DNA of 62,070 nucleotides, counting the filler, from Nemertoderma westbladi (Eukaryota > Animalia > Xenacoelomorpha): the NCBI GenBank assembly GCA_032718475.1. It is 3 parts of 3 records of this genome, joined end to end, with 100 filler letters (N's around TTAATTAATTAA, not from the genome) between each part and the next. Parts side by side here need not be neighbours in the genome. Positions count along the whole stretch, not along the records: positions 1 to 31,307 come from JAUCBJ010004938.1; positions 31,408 to 52,721 come from JAUCBJ010003815.1; 1 more part is not named here. One strand, given 5' to 3'. The translations under genes were made by a program, and so were the position numbers. Numbering within the stretch: position 1 is the first letter of the stretch; each line of letters opens with the position of its first letter. Below the pieces are notes generated by a model. That model saw only the letters and a program-made list of their open reading frames with translations. It was not told the DNA's origin and searched no databases. Positions 23,870 to 35,371 of the stretch are shown here, one piece after another.

Positions 23870-24540
23870 ACCCCCGTCCGACCGTGGGGAACTTGTGGGA
23901 CCCCCGCCCGACCGTGGGGAACTTGTGGGGCCCCCGCCCGACCGTGGGAAACTTGTGGGGGGCCCCCGCCCGACCGTGAGGAACTAGTGGGAGCCCGCCC
24001 GACTGTGGGGAACTTGTAGGACCCCCGCCCGACCGTGGCGAACTTGTGGGACCCCCGCCAGACTGTGAGGGACTTGTGGGACCCCCGCCCGACCGTGGGT
24101 AACTTATGGGACCCCCGCTTGACCGTGGGGAACTTGTGGGACCCCCGCCCGACATTGGGAAACTAGTGGGACCCCTGCCCAACCGTGGGGAACTTGTGGG
24201 ACCCCCGCCCGACCGTAGGGAACTTGTGGGACCCCCGCCCGACCTTGGGAAACTTGTGGGACCCCCGCCCAACCGTGGGGAACTTGTGGGACCCCCGCCC
24301 GACCTTGGGAAACCTGTGGGACCCCCGCCCGACCGTGGGGAACTTGTGGGACCCCCACCCGACCGTGGGAAACTTGTGGGACCCCCGTCCGACCGTGGCG
24401 AACTTGTGGGACCCCCACCCGACCGTGGGGAACTTGTGGGACATCCGCCCGACCGTGGGGAACTTGTGGGACCCCCGCCCGACCGTGGGGAACTTGTGGG
24501 GCCCCCACCCGACCATGGTGAACTTGTGGGACCTCCGCCA
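23870..24540. repeat. 30-bp satellite, right part
   Basis: Same monomer and the same variant blocks as 15812-17069. Confidence 0.95.
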
Positions 24541-24911
24541 GAACCCTTGGGACGAACCAAAGACACGTTGGCTAAATTAGACCTTTGAGTTATCACCACA
24601 CTTGACGAAGAGTCAGTTAATCTTGTGTCGAAGTCCGCCAAGGTGTCGTGCCATTGCGTGTCATCGTCGTCCCCTTCGTCGCCCGAGTCTGGGGTTCCGG
24701 TATCTACTGGCTGTGAGAGAGAGCCCCCGGATGCTACAGGGATATCCCCGTAGGTGGAAGGTATCGGCTGCGAGGAAGACGACTGACCCCCGTTCGCGCA
24801 GTTTCCATTTCTTCCGGGTGCACAACTCGAACACCGCCGACCCCCTACGACACAGACGCATATCTTGCAGCGACGCCCCATCCTGGAGTTGCTGCAGCCG
24901 CAGCAAACCAT
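24541..24911 (-). pseudogene. Cys-rich N-terminal ORF, probably the 5' end of an RLE/CRE-like retrotransposon, running in frame into the satellite
   Basis: MVCCGCSNSRMGRRCKICVCVVGGRRCSSCAPGRNGNCAN followed by a Ser/acidic linker. The resemblance is recalled, not searched. Confidence 0.45.
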
Positions 24912-25137
24912 TTCCAGAAAACTCCGGGAAAGCCCACGTGAATCCTTAACCGAGCTGAAGCCAAATCTAGTGGCGTCAGATAGTCTGGCAGTCAGGCAGC
25001 AGCAACTGTTGTGTAGTTGAGGTTATCGTATTGCTCAAAAATGGTCAGTAAATAAGAAGGGTATTTACCTTTACTCTAGGTCGTGATGTACTGTACATAG
25101 GACGGTATTTACCTTTACTCTAGGTCGTGGTGTACTC

Positions 25138-25580
25138 CTGTACTTCACACTCCGCCTCCCACACCCCCCACAGATCCTCTTGTACTTCCCACTCCGTCTC
25201 CCACACCCTCCACAGATCCTCCTGTAATTCCCACTCCGTCTCCCACACCCTCCACAGATCCTCCTGTACGTCACACTCCGTCTCCCACACCCCCCACAGA
25301 TCCTCTTGTACTTCCCACTCCGTCTCCCACACCCCCCACAGATCCTCCTGTACTTCACACTCCGTCTCCCACACCCTCCACTGATCCTCCCATACTTCCC
25401 ACTCCATCTTTCCCAGCCTCCACAGATCCTCCTGAGCTTCCCACGCTGTCTCCCACATCCTCCACAGGTCCTACTGTACTTCCCACTCCATCTTTCCCAG
25501 CCTCCACAGATCCTCCTGAGCTTCCCACGCTGTCTCCCACATCCTCCACAGATCCTCCTGTACTTCCCACTCCGTCTCTA
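25138..25580. repeat. 42-bp minisatellite (CCTGTACTTCCCACTCCGTCTCCCACACCCTCCACAGATCCT)
   Basis: Directly visible; 14-aa periodic ORFs. Confidence 0.9.
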
Positions 25581-26016
25581 CTTGCTTCTCCTATCGCACC
25601 CCGAACTACTCCTCTCGCTCCTCCGACTGCTCCCCTTGCACCTCTACCTTTTCCCCTCTGACCTCCAACTGCTCCCCTTGCACCTCTATATTTTTCCATC
25701 CCACCTATAACTGCTCCTCTAACATTCTGCCCGCCCACCTCTAAATCACCTCCTCTTGCACTTATACCGCTATCCCCTGCCTCGCCACCTCCACCGATAT
25801 CTCTCACTTCTCCCTTCCTTACATCATCAGCATCCAGTATCCCATCTGATTCATCGCCTTCAATAGTTTCAGTGACACCTTCCCCCTGAAACACATGGAC
25901 TGCTACGCCATGCTCGATGCAGAATATTCTTACAAGAAATATTTATAATATAGATATCGCCACCCTGGTTATATATAATCTTGTGGGCTTTTCCAATTCC
26001 CTCGAAAGGGCCTATG

Positions 26017-26290
26017 TTACTTGGTATGGTATCGTTTACCAGTTCCACATGAAAATATCTTGGTTTTAATACGAGATTTCAGCATGGCAATTATGTCATT
26101 GAAGCTAGGGGTATCGCCATCAATGTGCATGCCAATAATGTTTGACAATGTCCTCTTAATCGTTCCACCAACTCCATCCGCTGGGCCCTTCCCGTGACCA
26201 GCCTCCAAATATATCCAACGGATTTTCTTATTCTTGGCCTTAGCAATTTCATTAAATAGAAATACAATTAATAGTCCTATTGCGGTTCTA
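26017..26290 (-). pseudogene. DNA transposase remnant (Sola-like)
   Basis: WIYLEAGHGKGPADGVGGTIKR motif located inside the TIR pair. Confidence 0.7.
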
Positions 26291-29194
26291 CTGAAGTGTT
26301 ACAGGTGAAACATGTCCTACTACTGTATGTAGCCCATCGAATTACATGTTACATGTGGGACGTCAGGCCCTATAACGATTTTTTGTGTAACAGGCTTTTG
26401 TTACAGGTTGGACAAAGCTCATACTGATAAATGTAAAAGCAACTAAAGTATATTTCAGTCAATTGTTGCCACAAATGATTACTCACGCAAAAGACCAATA
26501 TCTGGGCTATCTGCTGATATTAGAATCTTCACGTTTGTTAGAACTGATTCTAGAACATGGTAAAGCAATGCACTTGGTGTTACACATGGGACAATCCTAA
26601 TTGACATAATCGACTCGCATGTATAAAACCAGCAATATCTCCGGTTGTGTTTGTATTTTTTCGTAAAATCTTGAATGTTCAACTTCCCGAAGATTTTCCT
26701 TTCAAATAAGAATTTAGTTTATAGAATACCAATAAAAACCTTTTGGTGAATTCAGGTGTTACCGTCTGGGACAAGTAATTGTCAAAATAGGGGTATATTA
26801 TCTATTGTTGTATTTCAATATGATATCAATAAAACAATTTGGAAGTTATTCCATTGCATTCCTCTATTATTTAGCTTTAAATGAGCTCTAACTTGTTGAA
26901 ATACACCCAGTAGATGTCAAAATACATCCCCCAGAATACAATCAACATTTTTGGACGATTGAAAAACCTGCATTTTTTAGTACTAAAAGGTCTGTAAAAT
27001 CTTTCAAAGTCGGAGTGGCTGTATGATTTTTTGTGCATCTGTTGGACCATAAAATTATCTTAAAAAATATATATAACTTTACTAGGTTCCCAAAAAATAT
27101 CATTCTAAAATTAAGTCTAATCGTGTGGGAGACGTTTTTGGCCACTCTTTGTGAGTTTGGGCTATATACTGATATTACTAAGTAGAACCTATAAGGTTAC
27201 AGATTCTGTTTCCGATTCCGATACAGATTCTGTTTCCTGTTACAGATTCTAATTCTGTATGAAGAGTATCAGGTTTTCACTAAAAATCCAGGTTACAGAA
27301 TGGATGAATCTAACCAAAACAATAAAGGAATTTGGTATAGGCCTACATAAAAATAAGCGCATAAAACACTAAATAAGAAGAAAGTTAAGAAAATTCAAAT
27401 TCTTCATGTACCGTACATACTGTATAATTTCCTATATCATTTCGAAAGAACCAGTGAAAATTTCACATGGGCGTCTTTTTAAATTAGACATTTATTTACT
27501 GTATAATAATATGGGCTTTCAATTTTTGAATATTAAACTTAATGAAACGAATAATAAATACCCCATGCTCATGGTAACATTCACGTGAAGAAATTGCAAT
27601 TGGTAAAATTGTAATTACATTAATATAATTAGTTATTAGCGAACACATATCGTATTATATATTCAATGCAATATTATTCATCTCCCAACCCGAGTGGCTC
27701 CCACCATACCATGTGTGACATATACTTACTTTAGTTTTAGGCATATCTAAATCTGCTGACATCATCCATCATCCAATACATTGCCAACATCACTGAGTAT
27801 GACAAAACGTTTTCTACAGTACAGTATTATGCTGTGATGACATAGCAGTGATGACGTTTACCACAAGCGTAATTTCATCCAATCATTGGCTATGGCAATT
27901 GGTATTGTATCAACAGCCTCAGGATTTGAAATAGTACAGTGTTAGTTGTAGTTGGCACATGGTTCAGTGGTTGGGCAGTTGGGTATACTGGTAAATCTTG
28001 TAAATAGATGTTAGATATTCGAAATTTCTGCTGACTAATCAGTAGTTCTATTCAATCTCGCCGTTCTGTTTATTCTATCCAACTGTCCAATCTGCCAATA
28101 GCTGAATAGGGGCTGCCTACTGCATACTGTATTCTGTATTTAATAATCAGAGTTAGGTGGTACCCGTCAGCAATAGTACCGAGTAGAGCATAGTTTAGCA
28201 GTTTAGAGTACCGGTACTGCAGTAAATCTGAAAACTGCATAATAACTTGTCAACTTGTTAATAATTTTATTACTGCTGTACAGTGCAGCTGTGGTTTTAC
28301 AGTTTTAGATGTTCTGGCAGTCTGGCGTGACTTAGACCTACCTGCCTACTGCAGTATGCAGTAGGCAGGTAGGCCTACCAGGTACTGTGACTGTCATACT
28401 GCGTACTACTTACCGTGTAGCCGGGATATTTGCAGTTTTTTTCACTGATCCATGATTGTGATCTTCTCTTCTCTTGTCGGTATTTCTCAGGAATATTTAT
28501 ACCGGTCGGTATTACTTATTTTATTTATTTATTTACACCTCAAATTATACGCAAATAAAACACATTACAGCATTACGATTTACGAATATAAGATTATGTA
28601 ATATGAGTAAAAAAAAAAGTAATGTGACTAAACATTTAACAATCCAGACAATACAGTGTACAGGACTGCAGGAATGGGAATGGGCAGGCAGTACAAGACT
28701 GCAAGAGTGCTGAACAGCTGAACATTAACCTACAACCTATTCCTGTACCGTATTCACTATTACAGTATTACCAGATTACCTACAGTTCATTTTCTGACTG
28801 GCCTACTGGCCTATATTTACCGGTCTGCCGGTACCGTAGGCCTACTGATTTATTAATTCAGTAATTAGGCCTAATTGCATGAATTGTGTAATTCCATAAC
28901 ACATAATGCTGTAATGGGTGATCGGCGGAAGTCAAAATTACAAATTTAAAACAAAATTACATTTACATACCGGTAGGCCAGTAGGCCTACTGGCAGACTG
29001 GTTTGCCGGTATTATTGTAATGTTAACTACTGCAGTACTGAACTATTAGGCCTACCTACAGTCAGACAGTATTATTAAAGTAAATACCTGACTGCTGGAC
29101 TGCCTGAATACGACGTACATTTTTGATTATTTTATCGCGTTATTTGTTATATCCAGATATCGTTATTATATTTCTGTATTTCCTCTGTTCCTCG

Positions 29195-29899
29195 ATGGAG
29201 TTACCCGACCTTGGGGAGCATTGCTCCGAACCTTCCTGTCTACAACTGGACTTTTTGCCAATCCGTTGCGCGGGTTGCAAAGAAACGTTCTGCAGACACC
29301 ACTACCGGTACGAGACGCACGCGTGCAGCGCCCCCAGACCCGGTGAGTTCCAGATCCCGGTGTGTCCGCTATGCGACATGGCGGTACCCATGCGACGCGA
29401 CCAGCAACCGGACGCCGTAGTCAGCGCGCACATGGACGGAAACTGTAGACCCCCGGCGAAACCCGCTAAAGTCTACACCAACCGTTGCAATCGAACCGGA
29501 TGTAGGAAGAAGGAGTTGGTGCCCATGTTGTGTCGGGAGTGTGGACTCAATTACTGTATAAAACATCGACTCGCCGTTGATCACCAATGCCCTGCATCGG
29601 CCGCTAAGGGCGCTGCTTCTACATCGTTGGCGGGCCGAGCAGCGGTTACTAGGGCGACCCGACCACCGGAGCCTCGTATCCAACACCCCGTTGGATTGAC
29701 CGAGGACGAAGCGCTGGCCCTCGCCTTGCAGGCCAGTCTGCGGGATCAAACAACCCTAACCCAGCGGGATCCCGCCACACTGACCCAGGAGGAAGCCGAC
29801 AGGATGCTAGCGGAAGCGCTCGCAGCTAGTGAGGCTGCCACTCCCAGACAAACACTCCATCCTACTGACCGGAGGAACAAACTCTGTACTATTTCTTAA
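29195..29899 (+). CDS. ZFAND2B: AN1-type zinc finger protein 2B (AIRAPL/aip-1), intronless, 234 aa
   Basis: MELPDLGEHC start, two AN1 fingers, central CPLC..H..C finger, two UIM-like motifs (EDEALALALQASL, EEADRMLAEALAASE), CAAX-like CTIS end, and AATAAA just after the stop. Confidence 0.95.
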   Translation: MELPDLGEHCSEPSCLQLDFLPIRCAGCKETFCRHHYRYETHACSAPRPGEFQIPVCPLCDMAVPMRRDQQPDAVVSAHMDGNCRPPAKPAKVYTNRCNRTGCRKKELVPMLCRECGLNYCIKHRLAVDHQCPASAAKGAASTSLAGRAAVTRATRPPEPRIQHPVGLTEDEALALALQASLRDQTTLTQRDPATLTQEEADRMLAEALAASEAATPRQTLHPTDRRNKLCTIS

Positions 29900-30285
29900 C
29901 GCCAATAAACTCTTACTAAATAATAATTTATTTTACCATTATATTGTCTCACTCATTATTGTTTTATTTCTACCACTTGGTGCCCATTTACAGTACAGTA
30001 TGTATGTACCGTATGTATGTTATTCTCTTCAACTAATGTTTCCCTTTATGATCTCTCTAACTATATCATAAATTTTGTGAGACCATTACAATAGGGTTGG
30101 TTTCGCGAAAAAATTGTTGGGCTAGAAACAATCGAATAAGGGGTAAGAAGGTGCCCTGAATCGAGTGCGGGGTGTGTTTTTTGTGAAAACACAAGGAATT
30201 GGTCGAAATTGCGGGTTTAAGTAAGCCCGGGAAGTCAATTTTGAAAATCGGCTGTGATTGGCTGCTACATATTTGACGTCACTAC

Positions 30286-30766
30286 TAGGGATGTTGTGAA
30301 TGTCATATTTTTAACATCCGCGGATGCGGATGCAGATGTCTGAGGTGACATCCGCACGGATGCGGATGTGGATGTCTATTAAAACATATATATTTTTGCC
30401 TGGCCTCTCTTTTACATCAAGGTTATACCAGCATTTTAATATTATATTCTAATCTTATATTAATAAACTAACAAGAGTCTAAGGTTATAGAACAGAATGG
30501 GACATAATATAACAAAACAATAAAACAACAAATATTTTTTATATTGTTCCCGTCGAGTGTTAGTGTAATTTTAAGATAAAATAAAAAAAATTTCATAAGG
30601 GAAAAAGTAATTATTATTGAAAATTTAATTGAGTGGTTGCTGGGCCTTCAGACAGGATGCTTGAATAGTGCATGTAACATCCGCATGTCACATCCGCATG
30701 CCATGGGTGCGGATGCGGATGTGAAAAAACATGCGGATACGGATGCGGACATTCGCCACATCCCTA
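30286..30766. mobile_element. hAT (Ac-like) MITE, 481 bp, 8-bp TSD
   Basis: TAGGGATG...CATCCCTA TIRs, GCGGAT/ATCCGC subterminal repeats, TSD GTCACTAC at 30278-30285 and 30767-30774. Confidence 0.92.
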
Positions 30767-31307
30767 GTCACTACGAAGTGCTCCGATAATTTCTTCTATG
30801 TTTTTTTCTATGGAGGGTGATATTGATATCAGATCCATTAAAATACACCTTTAATCTCAATCATTTCACACGTGCTTATTTCAAGTAAAGTCTTGTGCAT
30901 CGTTTGACACCACATTTAATTAAATTCATTGTAATTAACATTGATTAAATTAATCAATTCACAATTATGCAGATAAGGAAACAGTTATAGACCGATCAGT
31001 GACTAAAAGTGTAGATTTGGCTTATATTTCGAACGACAGTTCTTATTCAATAGCCTGACTCAGTTTAACAATAAGAAATTAACATACCAAAATGCACAAA
31101 TCAGTGTTCTGAAGCTACAGTAGCTGTTCCGGTACACAGTGGCCGGTTGTGGTCATGGCCTAATTATTATTACTGCACGTCATTACAATTGTGAGTATAA
31201 ATTAAACTAAACTACTGTAAAAAATAAATTGATTGAAGAATAAAGAGACCGAATTAATTAATATCAAATATGAAAATTTTTAACAAAAATGAAAAAATAT
31301 ATAAAGC

Positions 31308-31407
31308 NNNNNNNNNNNNNNNNNNNNNNNNNNNNNNNNNNNNNNNNNNNNTTAATTAATTAANNNNNNNNNNNNNNNNNNNNNNNNNNNNNNNNNNNNN
31401 NNNNNNN
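31308..31407. other. Artificial contig spacer
   Basis: 44 N + TTAATTAATTAA (stops in six frames) + 44 N. Confidence 0.98.
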
Positions 31408-31657
31408 TGTTAATATTTCCCCGAAAGTAAATATAGTTGTCGGAGATTATATAGTAGCGATCAATCGAATGATACAAGGTAGCCTACACTGCAATGACTT
31501 TCTCTAGAACCGAATCCAGTCTCCCAAACAGTGGGTCACACGCCGCGCACGGACTGGTTTCAACGGATGTCAATTGGCAAGGGCAATAGTCAATTTACAA
31601 TTTAAAGAGACAGTTAAATTAGCAGGTTAAACTGTTAAAGGTCTAAAAGCGCGAACA
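31408..31657 (+). repeat. Inverted copy of the outer end of the BEL element 2 LTR
   Basis: Reverse complement of 48889 to about 49138; ends GCGCGAACA followed by TTTAT. Confidence 0.9.
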
Positions 31658-31817
31658 TTTATTGTTTTGATTAGAATAACGTGCCTCTGTATCCTAGTTA
31701 ATTCATTCATTCATTGGTCAAAATAGTGTGACCACACGCATGTACGTAGGTACATACCTATTGATTCTTTTTGGACAATTGAAAAAATACATTTTGGAAA
31801 ACTTTTGTTATTGGTGT

Positions 31818-31941
31818 TATGGGTGAATGAGTGGCTTCATATTATTATATCTTTTTGTTGGGCACAGCTTTTGCAAAGACGGCAATGACGTCCAGGTGGG
31901 ATCGAACTGGTGACCTCCGGGTTGGAAGCCTGACGCTCTAA
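31818..31941 (-). mobile_element. tRNA-derived SINE family A, head truncated
   Basis: Near-identical reverse complement of about 34264-34390. Confidence 0.85.
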
Positions 31942-31959
31942 ATTGCGGACATACAGACA

Positions 31960-34208
31960 GACAGACCATGAAATAACGGCTGAAGAGATACAAACTGCTT
32001 CTAATACAATGAAAAACTCCAGCAGCTCTGCGGATGGCCTCCAAGCGCAAACTGTGAAAACTCAGTTACCTTTGATACTTCCATATCTACTTGTCTTATT
32101 TAACCTTATATTTAGCGGCGGACTCCATTGTTATCCTTTATGCTGGCTCGGCATTATAAATCGGCTTAGCCCTAAGAAGGGTAAACTGCAACTCCCTAAA
32201 TTCGTGCGTGGGATAACATTGATGCCAACCTTTGCAAAACTGTACGATATCATCATGTGCAACAGGCTTACCAACTGGTTAAAAATACCTTCGAACCAAT
32301 CTGCCTATCAGAAAGGCAACAGTTGCCTGATTCATGTGCTAACCGTAAAGCTACTTCTAGATTACTCAATAAGAACTCATAAAAAGCGTCTTCATATTAT
32401 TCTTACGGATTTTACAGCTGCTTTCGATAGAATTAGTCAGCGACAACTGTTTGTAAAGCTTGCTTCAATGGGATGTGGAATAGTACTTTTGTTTGCATTG
32501 ATCGGTATGTACATGAACTCTAAAGTGGTTGTTGAATTTGGCTCAGAATATTCTGAGGTCTTCGAAATTATGTGTGGAATAAGACAAGGTGGCCCATCGA
32601 GTCCAATTTTATTTATAGCCTATACTATTGGCCTAATAGCGTTATTTAATAACTTGGATCATGATGACTACTTAAACAATATCCATATTCTTCTCCACGC
32701 CGACGATTCCATCATCCTAGCAACATTGCGCCATCTGGTGCTACAGAAACTCGCTATACTGGAATCGTTTTGCAATCAAAATTTCATCACACTTAATCCA
32801 ACAAAATGTGCATTTCTGTGCACAAACGCCAGTAGGTAAGACAAGCAGCCAATACAGCTGAAATGTGGAAGTGTTGAATATTCATCGTGTGAAGTCTACT
32901 TGGGGTCCAGTCTGCACTCCTCTGGTAATCTCAAAGATATGTTTGCGGACGACTTCAACCGCAAACAAAAACATTTCGCAAAGTACTTTGCATTCCTCCG
33001 AGAAAATTGTAATGCGCCGCTTAAAATTAAGGAATTGGTGCTGGATGCTTGTCTTTCCAGCGCCATATTGTATAAATGCGAAGCATGGGGTAATATAAAC
33101 CTAAATCAGTTAGAAATCAAATACCGCAAAGTTCTTAAAACTATACTTGGGGTCAAAGCATCAACTCCAAACGAGATGATATATATCGAACTCAACCGAC
33201 CAATGCTAAAAGATCTTGTCAAGGCGCGGGCTGCGAAAGCTATTCAACATATTAAATCGAATAACGATTTTTGTGGTTCACCACTACATCACGTTATGCA
33301 ACTAAAGTCTCCTTTCTGTAACTATATTAACGAATTAACCTCCTTGACCTACAAGGACGTTATTGAATCGTCAATGAATTATCTATTAATACTTTATTAA
33401 TAATTATAAATATTATTATTATTATTAATTAATATATTAATACTAGTAATTCTATCAAGGATAAAGCGGCGCAAGGCCGGTCTAAATATGTAACGTATCT
33501 CCAGCTAAACCCCACCCTATCAAGACCTGATGCATACAATTGCATGCACCAGTCTGTCGATCTCATAAACTATGCACGACTAAGGCTCAGTGCTCATGAC
33601 CTCGCAGTTGAAAAGGAAAGATATCTCCGCATACCTCGTGAGCTCCGTTTGTGTTCCTGTGGTGAGGTTGAGGATGAGCAACATTTCCTCTGCATGTGCC
33701 CACTCTACGAAAATATTCGTAAAGAGTTTACTGGGGAAACGGTTCTCAGCGCACCTGCACATATTCTTCTGAAAATTAAGAACGCACCAACCTTCGTATC
33801 TAAGATGCTTCGCCATCGTAAAACTATCCCTAACACAAAATGATGATAATTTAATCATTAGTTTTTTGAACTATTTTGTCAGTTTGCTGTCTAACCCCCG
33901 GCCCCCGCCCTACACTTAAATGCATCTTTGGATCGTGTTTTTTTTTGTAAGTTTGTTTTTGCTCGGTATTGTTTTTTACTACCATGACAATTTGATGATT
34001 ATTTTGGGCAATTAATTTATTTACATATCTGATTTCAATGATTGTTTCGACCAATTTCTATTTATATTATTAATTTGTTATTGTAATTTACCTACTTAGA
34101 TCGTTATATTCCCTGGACTAAATAGATATATATTTTGTGTAATCGGTAATGTTTGTTTATTTATTTCTTCCTTTGGTCTATAAATACATACATACATACA
34201 TACATACA
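31960..34208 (+). mobile_element. 5'-truncated LINE (CR1/L2-group-like), decayed RT, (TACA)n tail
   Basis: RGITLMP, NQSAYQKG, DFTAAFD, GIRQGGPSSP, HADD, C-terminal CSCGEVEDEQHFLCMC. Stops and frameshifts present; ATAC microsatellite end at 34183-34207. Confidence 0.9.
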
Positions 34209-34243
34209 AGGTATCAGATAGTATTTCCAGGTCTATCTTTTAC

Positions 34244-34406
34244 CTGAGCCGCTAGCTGAATGGTTAAAGCGCCAGGCTTCCAACCCGGAGGTCACCAGTT
34301 TGAACCCACCTTGACGTCATTGCCGTCTTTGCAAAAGCTGTGCCCAACAAAAAGTTATAATAATATGAAGCCACTCATTCACCCATATCACCCATATTCA
34401 CCCACA
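34244..34406 (+). mobile_element. tRNA-derived SINE family A
   Basis: TAGCTGAATGG A-box, GTTTGAACC B-box, (TTCACCCATA)n-like tail. Confidence 0.85.
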
Positions 34407-34407
34407 T

Positions 34408-35293
34408 CTTGTATCATTCCATTGATCGCTACTATATAATCTCCGACAACTATATTTACTTTCGGGGAAATATTAACAGTTCCTTTGGGACGTGGCGCTT
34501 TAAGTATTAAACAGAGTTATGACTTACACTAATCACAACTGGAGGCTATAGTTTATCGCAAATAGCGCATTCGTTAGGAATGCTTTATTAATATTCACAC
34601 TACTCCACACTAATTCACACTAATGCACGCTGATTTGCCGACAGTCACTGATTTTGATCATATATAAGGAGGATTGCAACTGACATACGTAGGGATTATG
34701 AAATAGCATTTAATTCACACAAAAACCACTATAATTTGAGTCGCAATTGCTACCGGTACACCCTTCTGCTTACCTCAGTAATTAAGAAAGTTGAGGGGTT
34801 TACGATTATTTATCGGTATTCTCCAAATATAACATCCATTAATATAAACAGCAATTAACAACAATATAAAACAGCATTAAGACAGTGCTGTGAACAGAGT
34901 CAGTATGGGTTATGCAGTAAGTAATGTGATGAGATGCGTCGAGTAGGTAAGTTAATAGATTTGCGTTCTTATGACTCTAGCCATCAGATGTTCTTGGGCA
35001 AAGTCTGAAACGTTAGAACTTCTGACTGAATCCAGAATGAAATAGGATTCTAGGAAAAAAGTGCCGCATGCGACATTTTCCATAGGCCGCTATTGGCATA
35101 ACTGGGAAGATTGCTCTGATTGGCTGAAATATCTCAAACAAAGAAACTTCCACACACGAAGAAACAGCTGGCAGATTTCGTCATCTCAGTTGTATATTTT
35201 CTGACAGACGCGTAGCTGAACAATTCTAGGCCTTTTTAGAGTATTTAGCGCATTGCGTAAAAATGACTTGTTATGTCTGCAAAAGCTTTTACA
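34408..35293 (-). repeat. 3' LTR of BEL2 (outer about 175 bp missing)
   Basis: Aligns with about 49066-49950 with many substitutions and small indels. Confidence 0.9.
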
Positions 35294-35371
35294 CCGCTCC
35301 CAGAAAATGGGATTTAATTCTATAAAATATAAAAAATCACAGTTTCTAATATATAAAAATATTCTAAACTA

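Larger units (their letters stand above)
15777..27163 (-). mobile_element. Sola-like DNA transposon shell (about 29-bp TIRs, 4-bp TSD) hosting satellites and a nested BEL element
   Basis: GGCTCAAACTCACAAAAAGTGGCCAAAAA at 15777 vs reverse complement AGCCCAAACTCACAAAGAGTGGCCAAAAA ending 27163, with ATAT on both sides. Transposase remnant near 26.1 kb. Superfamily name is inferred from TSD length and recalled motif. Confidence 0.75.

Noticed and set aside
25071-25894. CGGC-repeat, Glu/Trp-rich and Gly-rich ORFs
   Set aside because: Products of the 42-bp minisatellite and low-complexity DNA.
29123-29194. Hydrophobic N-terminal extension of ZFAND2B in the ORF track
   Set aside because: Starts at TTG in T-rich upstream DNA; the conserved start is ATG 29195.
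31352-31363. TTAATTAATTAA palindrome as a biological site
   Set aside because: Six-frame stop linker inside N padding, repeated exactly at 52766; adjacency across it is not evidence of linkage.
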